NCBI GenBank assembly: GCA_045106415.1
Contig: JBGCEP010000027.1
Location: 1 to 64,000 of the forward strand
Direction: 5' to 3'
DNA from: Oligoflexales bacterium
GTDB taxonomy: Bacteria; Bdellovibrionota_B; Oligoflexia; Oligoflexales; Bog-1112
Length of the DNA: 64,000 nucleotides
Shown here: piece by piece, positions 1-9,931 of the stretch
Layout of the letters: each line of letters starts with the position of its first letter
How positions within the stretch are numbered: the first letter of the stretch is position 1
Translations under genes and position numbers: made by a program
The notes under the pieces: generated by a model
What the model saw: only the letters and a program-made list of their open reading frames with translations
The model's database searches: none
Told to the model about the DNA's origin: nothing

Positions 1-541
1 AATTTTTACGTCGAACCCCTTGGGCACGGAAAAAAGTAGAAAATTTATTTCTAAACCTTGAATACAACTCATAAAAATATTCACTCTTCATCTTTTCTTA
101 ATAGCTCTAAAAAACTTCTCAATAGAAGATTTTCTAAAAAACAGAGAATTAAGGTCAAGACACAAAAATGTAGAATCATGCAGCATTTAAGTTTGATATT
201 CCAAAACACAACAATCAATCATAGGTGAACGAACTTTATCACCAGGTGACCAAGTATAAATTAAAAGAAAACTTTAAAATATTATCTTTTTTTGTCCTGA
301 TAACTTGAATCAAAAATTCTTGCCATAGCAATTCGGACAAAAACTTTATTTTTTCACTGCGTAAAGCAATGAAATTTTCGCCCAAACCGAAAAAAGCATG
401 AACTCTCAGTAACTATTTATTTGCTTTTTATCAATTTCAGAGACTTTTCTCTCCGGGTTAAGATCTATCAAAGTCTTTTAAATCTCTTCAAATAAGATCG
501 ATATGGTCTTGACCCAGAAATTTTTGCCAATTAATAATGTA

Positions 542-772
542 AATACCCAAATCCACACCGACACTCTCTTGTTTTTCAGGAGGCAATTTAGGGATAACCT
601 CACTTCCTTCCATATTAAGGGTAATGTACCAACGCTCAGAGCATAAGCTAACAACTACAGATTTAACTTACCCCTCAATGCATATAGATGCATTCATACA
701 AATCCAACCCAGTCGAAGAATTTTGACAGATTTACCACAGGAGACTAGAGCACAATCTCCTTTTTTCTTAAA
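542..772 (-). pseudogene. tnpB: TnpB (IS607/IS605-type) N-terminal fragment, degenerate
   Basis: Manual translation gives FKKKGDCALVSCGKSVKILRLGWICMNASICIEG*VKSVVVSLCSERWYITLNME...QESVGVDLGI. It contains the FKKKG, K-I-x-x-LGW and RWY motifs and RuvC-I VGVDLG, with an in-frame stop at 668-670. Confidence 0.85.
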
Positions 773-789
773 TGGCTCTGGCAAACTCT

Positions 790-833
790 AAAAGAGATCT
801 TAAACGTTAAGATTAACACTTAAGACCTCTTTT
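790..833 (-). other. 21-bp imperfect inverted repeat/hairpin at the tnpA-tnpB deletion junction
   Basis: aaaagagatcttaaacgttaa-ga-ttaacacttaagacctctttt. The three mismatches become G:U pairs on the - strand. Confidence 0.55.
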
Positions 834-1040
834 CTGCCCCAAGGAAGACACTTCTCGCATACCCGGTCCGAATTCTGTTTTCTTGAGTCGTTGAGTGTCT
901 CATAAAAATTTGAAGTTTTCCCGTGCATAACATCGATAGCCACCTGCTGCGTGATAACTAGGAATCAATGTACTGCACCGATTCCACATTCTCATAGTTG
1001 AGACAGAAACTTCAATTATTATGCTTTCTTTCCCAATAGA
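831..1040 (-). pseudogene. tnpA: IS607-family TnpA serine recombinase, N-terminal fragment
   Basis: MerR-like HTH SIGKESIIIEVSVSTMRMWNRCSTLIPSYHAAGGYRCY, a stop at 900-902, then GYAR/VSSLGQK (831-864, 1-nt frameshift), which matches the YARVSS catalytic motif. Confidence 0.8.
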
Positions 1041-1486
1041 AAAACAGAGCGTGACAACTTCAGTCATTTTTTCATTAGGTTGTATACTGCATTAAACAAG
1101 AAGATCAACAGAAATCATCAAATAGTTAAAAGTAAGAATCAAATCTATTAGGGGTTTAAATGAATAGGTTTTACGACAGCGGTTGCACCCCCTATATCAT
1201 TGCCTTAAACCTTAATTCAACGATCATATCGATGGGAGAGAAATAGAATTTTTTGCTTGAGTAAAGTTACAGTTTTTGTGATTATGGTGCCGCTTCTTTC
1301 GGTTTGTTTTTGCAACTCAATCTTAGGAAAAACGCTCTCATTTATAGTAGCAATGATTTAAATGTTTTACAGAACATGATTTCAATCATATTAAACCCTG
1401 TTCACCTATGCTCTTAAATATATCAGCACAAATACAAATCCGCATTAATTCACCACCATCATCCACTTCTCAGCAGGTACTCATAC

Positions 1487-1957
1487 ATGAACAACAACAG
1501 CATCTTACGTAGCATACGTTATATTTTCAAGATTTCTGACTCTCAAATGATTCATATTTTTTCTTTGGGGGGCACAAAAGTTACCCGAGAAGATGTCTGC
1601 AATTGGCTTAAAAATGATCACGATCCTTCTTTTTGTGAATGCTCGCATCTACAAATGGCTGCTTATTTATCTGGTTTCATCATCTATAAGAGAGGCGCTC
1701 AAGATGGACAAACTCGCCAATTAGAGAAAAATCTCAATAACAACCTCATCTTTCGAAAACTAAAAATTGCTCTGCATTTACACGATCAAGATATTTTAAC
1801 GATTCTTGATTCAGCTGGTGTAAAAATTAGCAAACATGAATTAAGCGCTTTTTTCAGAAAGAAAGATCACAAACACTATAGAACCTGTAAAGATCAAATT
1901 TTAAGAAGGTTTTTGCAAGGATTGCAACTAAAGCACCACCCATCTGAGGACTTATAA
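1487..1957 (+). CDS. yehS: DUF1456 (YehS) family protein
   Basis: Duplicated motif N-N-x-I-L/F-R-x-I/L-R/K; SKHELSAFFRK-x-DHKHYR-x-C-x-DQILR-x-FL-x-GL. Confidence 0.9.
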   Translation: MNNNSILRSIRYIFKISDSQMIHIFSLGGTKVTREDVCNWLKNDHDPSFCECSHLQMAAYLSGFIIYKRGAQDGQTRQLEKNLNNNLIFRKLKIALHLHDQDILTILDSAGVKISKHELSAFFRKKDHKHYRTCKDQILRRFLQGLQLKHHPSEDL

Positions 1958-3078
1958 TGGCGAACTACTCCATCATGAGCAAGCACCTGATGCCTTCGCA
2001 CTGGCAGTGGCTATTACCTGAACAAATCCTCACCCTATCCCTGCCTGAAGAAACTCGCGCGACATGTTCTCAATGCCCCTCAAGCCTCAATGGATATGAA
2101 CACACAGCCCGCTGCTGTACATACCGTCCCCAGCTTTCTAATTTTCTTATTGGAGCAGCTTTACAAGACCAAGCTATTTCCAAAAAAAAATTCCAACAAC
2201 TTTTCAGCAAAGGGGCCTTTTTACCTCTTGCTAGCCTAACCACACCTCAAGCTATGATTTCTATGACAGAATCAAATGATCAAGTCTGTCACTATTGGCA
2301 AGAAGGGGCTGGCTGTACAATTCATAAATTTCGTAATCACACTTGTTCAACATTTTTTTGTTTTACTCTAGCTGGCCCAGATCACACTCTTTGGTCTGAT
2401 TTAGCCGAATATGTCATGATGCTTGAAAACAATATAAGCTGGTGGCTCATCACACAAACAGGCTTCGAATCTGCTAATTTTCTACGAAAACTCTCTATCA
2501 TCGATCAAAATTCAAAAGCACAAGCAACATGGAACTCAAAGGATCTCAATTATATTTGGGGTGAGTGGTATGGAAAAGAATCACAATTCTTCGAGAAATG
2601 CGCAGCTATTGTCAAAAACAATCAAAAAAATCTTCATAAGATTGCACTTACTTATAAAGAAAACACAACGTTTGAATTTCAAAAACTACTGGAATCTTAC
2701 CCTAAATATCCTGAGAACACACACCTCCCCGCCTCCAAAGACGACATTCTTAAATGTGAAAAAAGAATTCTTTCTTCCATAAAAAAACTGTATCAATTTC
2801 AAGAAATATCAGACAAAAAAATTATTTTTACCCAAAACACATCTTTGCACGAACCTTCACACTTATCTTTTCTACAAAAGACCTATCCACACGCCAAGCA
2901 ATTTCTTATCCTCAAGGATACTCAAGGAGAACCACTTGACTTCCAACCGTTAACCAACGATGAGTCTTCCTTTCTAAAAGAAATTTTAAAGACCGGCTAC
3001 ATGGCACAAAGGGTACCGGAGCATTTTTCATCACTTATAGGGGGTTTAAATTTAAGGGGCTTTCTGGAAGCTACATAA
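1957..3078 (+). CDS. Cysteine-cluster (YkgJ/CxxCxxCC-like) protein
   Basis: TCSQC...RCCTY-x-P...CHYW...GCTIH-x-x-R-x-x-TCSTFFC. Start overlaps the yehS stop (TAATG). Confidence 0.6.
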   Translation: MANYSIMSKHLMPSHWQWLLPEQILTLSLPEETRATCSQCPSSLNGYEHTARCCTYRPQLSNFLIGAALQDQAISKKKFQQLFSKGAFLPLASLTTPQAMISMTESNDQVCHYWQEGAGCTIHKFRNHTCSTFFCFTLAGPDHTLWSDLAEYVMMLENNISWWLITQTGFESANFLRKLSIIDQNSKAQATWNSKDLNYIWGEWYGKESQFFEKCAAIVKNNQKNLHKIALTYKENTTFEFQKLLESYPKYPENTHLPASKDDILKCEKRILSSIKKLYQFQEISDKKIIFTQNTSLHEPSHLSFLQKTYPHAKQFLILKDTQGEPLDFQPLTNDESSFLKEILKTGYMAQRVPEHFSSLIGGLNLRGFLEAT

Positions 3079-3292
3079 AGACTCCTACCTTTTCAGCCTT
3101 ATCACCCCCATAGTAAAGCAGAGTTTTATTTACACACGCATAGACCAAGCATTGCTTTAAAAGGCGGATTTACCAACTTGTTAAATTTTTTAATACGTAA
3201 AAAAATCACCTAACACGATAACATTTATATTTATTTCCCAAAAAGAAAATTTAAAAAGCAATTTTTAAGTGACAATTATCCTGATTTTTCCC

Positions 3293-3820
3293 AAAAGACT
3301 TCAGCGTATCTATACGTCGCCATAAAAAAAGCTGGTGCAACATCAAAGAGAGACTGTAAGATGGCCTACTAGCATACGTCAAGTCACCTTACTGAGGTTT
3401 GTGCTTGTATCGCTATTGAGGATCTTCACGTTAAAGGAATGATGAGGAACTCAAGATTAGCAGGGTCTATAGCAGATATGAGTTTTTATGAGTTTAGAAG
3501 ACAATTCGAGTACAAAGCGAAGATAAAAATGTCTCAGATCGTGATTATAAGCCGCTTCTTTTCTTCAACAAAGCTGTGTTTGGAGTATTTGAATTGGCCA
3601 ACTTCATCAAAGATTCTAAATATGCGCGAACTGTTCTTCACAGCATGATAGAGATATCAATGCTGTTTTAAATTTAAAAATGGCCGCAAGATACACAATG
3701 TTAATTTGTGAAGAAGAAAGCTCTGGATTTTCTCATATGATAAAAATGACACTATCTTCGTTGAAGAAAAAATTTGATTTTACATCTGCTTAGGAAGATT
3801 TCAGTAAATTCACAGCAACG
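3293..3820 (+). pseudogene. tnpB: TnpB C-terminal fragment with candidate IS right end
   Basis: KRLQR (3293); IAIEDLHVKGMMRNSRLAGSIADMSFYEFRRQFEYKA (RuvC-II); SRFFSSTKLC; frameshift; CANC..HDRDINAVLNL (RuvC-III, about 3623-3676); CEEESSG tail; stop at 3791-3793; tcagtaaattcacagcaacg end-like motif. Confidence 0.9.
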
Positions 3821-4180
3821 ATTGCCTTATCTATAAATCTTCCTGGTTTTTAAAGCGAAATCTTCACAAGGAGTGTCTAATTCGTCTTCAAATTTAATGG
3901 CTTACACGTAGTAATCTTAGGACTTTTTTTAAAGAAAGGTATCCTTCATCACACTTCAAAAGTCGCCACTTTCCAGTCATGTAAACGATATTAAATATTT
4001 ACAGAAAAAGGACTGGTCTGTTTTTCAGACACATAAAAACAAGTATAAAACACTAGAGAAAAGACACTGTAACGTATAGTAATAACTAAAATATAAAAAT
4101 TTGAAGATTTCAGTAAAGCATTTTTTTGAAAACAATGGATATTAAGAACATCAAAGCCAACTTAAAAATAGGATGAGTAT

Positions 4181-5164
4181 ATGATTTATAGATCTATAAA
4201 ATTAATCATTATTTTTTTATGTTCTACAAGTGCATTCGCTGCGTATGACCAACAGTGGGCTCTTCAATGTGAAAATATCGTTCGGAAATCTCAAGAAGAT
4301 GATGGTCCTGGAAGCATGGATTCCAGCCGTGCTTTATTTGTATGGTTAGGTCGTCAAAATGCTAAAAATCATAATTTAAGGCGTATTTTTTACAACTCTT
4401 TTTACAACCCTGATGTTCGGTATTTTCATGGGCTTTCAGGTCAGCTCAATTGTAAAAAATTAGCGAATGATCTGAATGATGGAAAAATTGATCTTGAAAG
4501 CATGAATACTTTAAAAATTTCTGACATCATGGACCATTCTAGTTTACGTCGAAAAATTGTCCTAGAAGAAGCTTACGGCGAGACACTTGGCGTCAAGTAT
4601 CGCGATGCTATTGTCGGAAAAAATTCTGGCGACAAAGGATACGCTGTTACAGGATCAAAATTCGACTTAAACATTCTTGCTTTTTTCTTTCCTCGCCTTA
4701 AAAAACTCGACATCGATCATGAAGTTATCAACCCAGAAGGTTTAAATAAATTTAAAAACCTTGAATCTATCTACTTTAAAGAAGAGCCACACCAAAATAT
4801 ATCATTTCACAAAGCGAACGAGGTTCTCCACAAAACACGGCACATCCAAAGCTTAAAGAGAATTTCTTTTGAGTCACCGTCCAATCATAGCCTTTCTTAT
4901 GACACACTCGGTTTATGGCTAGAACAAGATAATAGCAGAAGAATTACTCTGCCTCTAAAAAAAGAGAATGAAAGTTTTAAAACAACATCAGAAAATAATA
5001 TTTCTTTTCTCAAAAATACAGCTATATGGAATCAGTATTCCTCTGCGCATTACAACAAACTATTAAGTAGTAAAGTTACACATAAATCTCACATGATCAT
5101 CGACTACAAACACCTCATGAAGCATGCAAATGTTGAACGAATCCAGGAAATACGCAACCATTAA
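4181..5164 (+). CDS. Secreted hypothetical protein with short LRR-like segment
   Basis: Signal peptide ending AFA; FPRLKKLDI...LNKFKNLESIYF...SLKRISF. Confidence 0.55.
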   Translation: MIYRSIKLIIIFLCSTSAFAAYDQQWALQCENIVRKSQEDDGPGSMDSSRALFVWLGRQNAKNHNLRRIFYNSFYNPDVRYFHGLSGQLNCKKLANDLNDGKIDLESMNTLKISDIMDHSSLRRKIVLEEAYGETLGVKYRDAIVGKNSGDKGYAVTGSKFDLNILAFFFPRLKKLDIDHEVINPEGLNKFKNLESIYFKEEPHQNISFHKANEVLHKTRHIQSLKRISFESPSNHSLSYDTLGLWLEQDNSRRITLPLKKENESFKTTSENNISFLKNTAIWNQYSSAHYNKLLSSKVTHKSHMIIDYKHLMKHANVERIQEIRNH

Positions 5165-5190
5165 TTTAATTAAAAAAAACAAGGCATTAT

Positions 5191-5226
5191 CAGTGACAGG
5201 AGGATTTCCCTGCTCACTGTTTTTTT
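5191..5226 (+). terminator. Rho-independent terminator
   Basis: cagtgacagg...cctgctcactg hairpin followed by a T-run. Confidence 0.65.
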
Positions 5227-5326
5227 ATTTAACAAACACAGAAAATTTATTTCATTGAAACAAACATGCCTTAATATTTCTATATCAAATAAGGTGTCTT
5301 CCTCAATGTAAATTTCAATCTACAAA

Positions 5327-5935
5327 CTACAGTACCAACTTATGAATTTTTTTCGATTGAAAACACCGGAAAAAAAATGTGAAAAAAAGCATTGAGATCC
5401 ATAGCTGTTGTACTATGAAGGTATAACTTGGAAACAAACACAATATTGTATAAACGCAGCCTGTTTCACCTGCTTCAGCAAATCCAACACCAAGTCTAAG
5501 ATTACGGGATTCTTGATTTGGCAAACCAGCTTTTTCTTCTTGTGACCCAAGCGCTAAAGCTGTCACAGTCACAAGTAAGTAACCATATAAAATAAGACTC
5601 CAACCCATGCCATACTGAGGGTGAGAAAGGTGAAAGCCGATAATCATAGCACCATATGCAATCATATCTGCCGTTAAATCAAAAAAAGCTCCCCCAGGTG
5701 AATCCGTGCCAGTGCGGCGCGCAACAAGCCCATCAAAACCATCAAAAAGCCGCCCAACCCACCAACAAAAGATGGCTGCAACAGGATTTCCTGTTGCAAC
5801 AAAAAAAGAAGCTATCAGCCCCAATATTAAACCAATTAATGTTAATAAATTTGCTGTGACATGATATCTCTCGAAAAAAACCACAATAGAAATTGTGTGT
5901 TTTGCAAAGCGTTCTCTAAAAACAAGATCAAACAT
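5327..5935 (-). CDS. CDP-alcohol phosphatidyltransferase family protein
   Basis: TANLLT and DGFDGLVAR...GAFFD-x-x-x-D signature. Confidence 0.92.
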   Translation of the reverse strand: MFDLVFRERFAKHTISIVVFFERYHVTANLLTLIGLILGLIASFFVATGNPVAAIFCWWVGRLFDGFDGLVARRTGTDSPGGAFFDLTADMIAYGAMIIGFHLSHPQYGMGWSLILYGYLLVTVTALALGSQEEKAGLPNQESRNLRLGVGFAEAGETGCVYTILCLFPSYTFIVQQLWISMLFFTFFFRCFQSKKIHKLVL

Positions 5936-5943
5936 TTATCACC

Positions 5944-6642
5944 TTATGTCATAGCTATTTTTAAAAATGGATCAACTACCAACTGCTTACCTTTTAAATC
6001 TTTAAAAACCAAACGAGCACGGACTACTTTTTCTTTTATTCTTTTTTTCCCCTGCAGTTCATAGTGAGCAAAATTTTGAAAAGAGTAACGTTTTCCCGAA
6101 AGTAAATCTTTCGATAAAGGAATAGTTGTTCCAGTTGTTAATGTCCCATCAGGGTTTTCATACCAAACAAAGACATCCACAATACCTTTCTGCAGATTTT
6201 TCGCTTCTAAGTTTCTAACTTCAAACCGACATGTCCAACACTCATCTTCTTCTTTTAATGCTACACTTACCACTTGTATACTTTTAAGGTCTTCTCTATT
6301 TTTTTCAATCCAGGCCCACTCAACAAAACTTTCTACCTTTTTATTCGCAATATTTTCAGATAATTTTATATCTTCTTCTAAAAAATAGTTTAAATCATAA
6401 TCAGCAAGAACATCGACTTGTTCCAAAAAAACTTTTTCACGAAGATTTTGCAATTGAGAAAAAATATTTTGTTTCTGTTGCCATTGAGCATATCCCCAGA
6501 AAACAAAACTTATTCCAAAAAAAATTAACAAAATTGCGACAACGCTAAAATACTGAATCCAGGATTTATTAACTTGAAGGCTTCTTGTTTTGCCTAGAGG
6601 TGTGAAAAACAAAATATGCAATATTTGATCTCGACGCATCAT
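5944..6642 (-). CDS. Hypothetical single-pass membrane protein
   Basis: N-terminal TM, coiled segment, beta-rich C-terminus; in operon. Confidence 0.6.
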   Translation of the reverse strand: MMRRDQILHILFFTPLGKTRSLQVNKSWIQYFSVVAILLIFFGISFVFWGYAQWQQKQNIFSQLQNLREKVFLEQVDVLADYDLNYFLEEDIKLSENIANKKVESFVEWAWIEKNREDLKSIQVVSVALKEEDECWTCRFEVRNLEAKNLQKGIVDVFVWYENPDGTLTTGTTIPLSKDLLSGKRYSFQNFAHYELQGKKRIKEKVVRARLVFKDLKGKQLVVDPFLKIAMT

Positions 6643-6654
6643 TCTCTCTTATGA

Positions 6655-7401
6655 TTATATATTCGAAAAATAATTCTTTTTTAGTTGACTTGATTTTTTA
6701 AAAAAAAGCTTCTTTGAAGCTTCTTTTTCACATATATTGATAGCCACTTTTACTTCTTCTTGCTTTTGTGAAAATTCTTCTTCACTCAATGAAGAGGGTA
6801 TTATTATAAAATCACCGTATACAACATGAATTTTTGAAAAAGGTTTTGGTATTTTTAATCGATCCCATGTTTTAAGCTCCCAAAAACTTTCCGCAACAGC
6901 TGCGACGGGAACAATCATCGCTTGTGTTTCTTTTGCTAACCAAACGACACCAGGTTTCACAACTCGCCTAGGCCCTGTTGACCCATCGACGGTAAATGCC
7001 GATGGGTATCCCTCGACAACAGCTTGTTTTAATATTTGACGGCTCTCCGCTCCTCCTTTATTCTTTCCGTTCCTACTTTGACTTCCGTAAATGCACTTAA
7101 AACCAAAACGATCAAGAACAAAACCCATCACCCTTCCTGAAAGCGATCGACTTGCTAACGGCCGAAAAGGAAGACCTTTTTGAGCCATAGAGGCCATAAT
7201 GAGGTGCTCATGCCAACAAGCAAGAATAAAGCCACCTTTTGTATGAAGAGCTGCTGCTTCATCACGAAGATTGGACCTATACTGAGTCACTCGATATGAA
7301 TAGTAAAGAGAGATCCAAACCAACCAAGCAAGCCTTCTTATGAAAAATTCAAATACCCTTCGCGATAACCTTTGGCTATTCAAGATAAACTCCTTTGGCA
7401 T
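6655..7401 (-). CDS. DUF374 / lysophospholipid acyltransferase family protein
   Basis: ACWH, ASRS-x-x-G, TVDGSTGP, WDRLKIPKPFS. Confidence 0.88.
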   Translation of the reverse strand: MPKEFILNSQRLSRRVFEFFIRRLAWLVWISLYYSYRVTQYRSNLRDEAAALHTKGGFILACWHEHLIMASMAQKGLPFRPLASRSLSGRVMGFVLDRFGFKCIYGSQSRNGKNKGGAESRQILKQAVVEGYPSAFTVDGSTGPRRVVKPGVVWLAKETQAMIVPVAAVAESFWELKTWDRLKIPKPFSKIHVVYGDFIIIPSSLSEEEFSQKQEEVKVAINICEKEASKKLFFKKSSQLKKNYFSNI

Positions 7402-8591
7402 GGATCAAAATAACGTGCACAATGAGCAATCGGCCTACCAGCCATCAGCTGCGCTAACAATCTCGCACTTCCGTGAGCCCATGAGAAACCGTGCCCTGTA
7501 AATCCTGCACATGTAAAAACTTGAGGATGATTTGTAGGACCAATAAAAGGCAACCCCGTTTTTGATGAACCCATCATCCCAGACCAACTATAATCCCACT
7601 GCACTTTATTTATTTCATAATGTTTTTCACAAAAATCTTGTAAACCCTGTTCGATTTCTGGATTACACTCAAGCTCAAAACAACCAATTTCTTGCCCCTT
7701 AACCTGATCTCTCCAACCACCCAGCATCAAACGTCTGTCTTGGGTAAGAAGGGCATATTCATAGCCTCTATTGAAACTATGCGGATATGATATGAGCTCT
7801 ATATCTTTCTGTAAAGGTGATGACACCATGATTTGACCTCGAAAAGGTTCTATAAGGTGTCCGTTGCGGAAAAAATCTGAATATTGTGCAGAGTATGCAT
7901 TTGTTGCAAGGACAACAGCATCATACAACAACTCTCCATGTACGGTTGAAACACAAATTTTTCCATTTTCATCGGATTGATAACTTTTCACCTTCATTCC
8001 AGATCGATATAAAACACCTGCATTCATCGACGATTGCAATAAAGCATTACGAAATTTAACAGGGTGTGCCTGCGCACCCCCTGGCTCATAACGCCCACCA
8101 AATACGTTTTTAAAACCTAAGGACTTCACTTTGTGCTCTGACCAGTATTCAGACTCAAATCCATTTGACTTTAAAAAATTCACACTGCTTTGGAGCTGAT
8201 ATGCCTCGACAGGATCAACCGCTAAACACAAATATCCATCTTGCTCATATTCCACATCTTGTCGTAATTCAAAGACACTACTTTTTACAAGTTCACACGC
8301 CTCAACAGAAAAACTCCATATTTCTTTTGCTTTTTCCGCCCCAAACAGTTTCACCAAACCTTCCATTGACTCAACGGTTCCGTGTAGAATGTGACCACAA
8401 TTACGAAATGAAGCAGCTTGTGCGCTTTCATCATCAATGAGAGATATAGATTTAAAACCTTCTTTAAGAAGCCAATAAGCTGTACTTACACCTGCTAGCC
8501 CTGCTCCTACTATTAAGATTTCACCTTCTCGTGGCAAATGATCTTTACCTGTTATAACAGGTTCTTCGAGCCAATACGGATATGTCTTCAC
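7380..8591 (-). CDS. FAD-dependent oxidoreductase (DAO/PuuB-like)
   Basis: IVGAGLAG, ASFRNCG, LATNAY, GFTGHG. Confidence 0.9.
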   Translation of the reverse strand: MKTYPYWLEEPVITGKDHLPREGEILIVGAGLAGVSTAYWLLKEGFKSISLIDDESAQAASFRNCGHILHGTVESMEGLVKLFGAEKAKEIWSFSVEACELVKSSVFELRQDVEYEQDGYLCLAVDPVEAYQLQSSVNFLKSNGFESEYWSEHKVKSLGFKNVFGGRYEPGGAQAHPVKFRNALLQSSMNAGVLYRSGMKVKSYQSDENGKICVSTVHGELLYDAVVLATNAYSAQYSDFFRNGHLIEPFRGQIMVSSPLQKDIELISYPHSFNRGYEYALLTQDRRLMLGGWRDQVKGQEIGCFELECNPEIEQGLQDFCEKHYEINKVQWDYSWSGMMGSSKTGLPFIGPTNHPQVFTCAGFTGHGFSWAHGSARLLAQLMAGRPIAHCARYFDPCQRSLS

Positions 8592-8740
8592 GAATAAGCC
8601 TTTGTTCTTCTCATGTCTTCATAGCTTTACTTTATATACTCTAAAATTGACACACTTTCCACAGCGATATAATGTCTCTATAGATAACCAACCATAGATT
8701 TTTCTATTTTTTTAGAAGAATCAAAGATAAAGAGAAATTT

Positions 8741-9919
8741 ATGAAAATCTTGCTCACTCTTTTCTTTTTTCACACTCAAGCGAATGCGCATATACCTATG
8801 AAAACAGGCTTTCAAAGCACTCGCCTTACAAACCAAGAACTCACAGAACATATAAGAACGTTGCCCCTCACCAAAAAAGATCAACTTGTACATCGACAAC
8901 TTCAAGAGCTCATTGATCCCTTCATTTTTGAAAACGTAGCATTTGAGCATTTAAATAAGATTCGTTTTTCAATCAAAGACTCCTTACAAACCCTAAGTCG
9001 ACGCTATGAACGACTGGCTCTCCACCTTCAGTCTCTCCCTCTCACACACTGGGTTTCTGAATCACAGAGAGCTTTAATTCTTGCTCACTGCTACTCACTT
9101 TCGGCTGATTATCTTTCTAGAACCCTTAGTGATAATATTGATTTTTCTGCTATCGACCCACATATTTCCATAGCGCAACTGATTCGTTGGTCTGCTCGTT
9201 TGACACTCATGGCAGATCCAACAGCATGGGAACGGCACTCGTCTCTTCTTTTGCTTGCCTTCAATCATTTACAAACAGCATCTTCTTTAATTCAAAATTT
9301 AAACCTTACCGACATCGACCAGCTTATACAAAACATCGATAGTCAAAATCAGAATATTCTAGAAACACTGACTGATGATGATCTTAAAAATATAGATCCA
9401 CATGCACTCACAGTTATCCGCTACAGTACATCACAAGCCTGGGAAAAAGTTTTTATTCAAAAAAAACTAGACCTAGCCAAACAAAACCTTTTAGAAAAAG
9501 GTATCCATAACAATCTTATAAATAAAACACTAGATCAGTATCAAACAATGATCGAAAATCGCCTTCAAAAAAAACAATCACCAACCAGAACAGCTTTAAC
9601 TCAAGAGCTCTTACAAAAAAGACCCACTGAGCTATATAGCCTACTTCATCAGAATGGTTTTATAGATCAAGGAGACTATCACATTTTAAAGTTAGACAAA
9701 GTTTTACAAGAAATTCCCATAAACCACGTCACCGATACAACATGGGGGCAAAAAATAAGACGACATGTTCTAGGTTACACAAAAAAGATCGATTCTGAAA
9801 AATACATCCTTGCAAACCTATTTACACAACTCAACGATATAAAAAAAATGACAGACGAGGAAAAATGGACTCTTCAAATCTATTATGACACTCCGACTTT
9901 ATTGCGATTTATCAAATAA
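8741..9919 (+). CDS. Hypothetical exported alpha-helical protein
   Basis: 392-aa ORF with a signal-like N-terminus (ANA); no motif recognised. Confidence 0.6.
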   Translation: MKILLTLFFFHTQANAHIPMKTGFQSTRLTNQELTEHIRTLPLTKKDQLVHRQLQELIDPFIFENVAFEHLNKIRFSIKDSLQTLSRRYERLALHLQSLPLTHWVSESQRALILAHCYSLSADYLSRTLSDNIDFSAIDPHISIAQLIRWSARLTLMADPTAWERHSSLLLLAFNHLQTASSLIQNLNLTDIDQLIQNIDSQNQNILETLTDDDLKNIDPHALTVIRYSTSQAWEKVFIQKKLDLAKQNLLEKGIHNNLINKTLDQYQTMIENRLQKKQSPTRTALTQELLQKRPTELYSLLHQNGFIDQGDYHILKLDKVLQEIPINHVTDTTWGQKIRRHVLGYTKKIDSEKYILANLFTQLNDIKKMTDEEKWTLQIYYDTPTLLRFIK

Positions 9920-9931
9920 TAATTCGTCTTT

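Larger units (their letters stand above)
540..1182 (-). mobile_element. IS607-family remnant, left part (candidate end + tnpA' + 'tnpB')
   Basis: tnpA and tnpB fragments lie in the correct order on the same strand with a large internal deletion. Candidate end motif at 1161-1182. Confidence 0.7.

Noticed and set aside
1..520. Broken - strand reading frames, including SIEKFFRAIKK resembling a DDE transposase YREK helix
   Set aside because: A single weak motif amid many stops; cannot be assigned.
3439..3648. 69-aa ORF as a functional mini-TnpB/TldR
   Set aside because: It is one piece of a frameshifted, stop-interrupted tnpB and lacks RuvC-I and an intact Zn finger.
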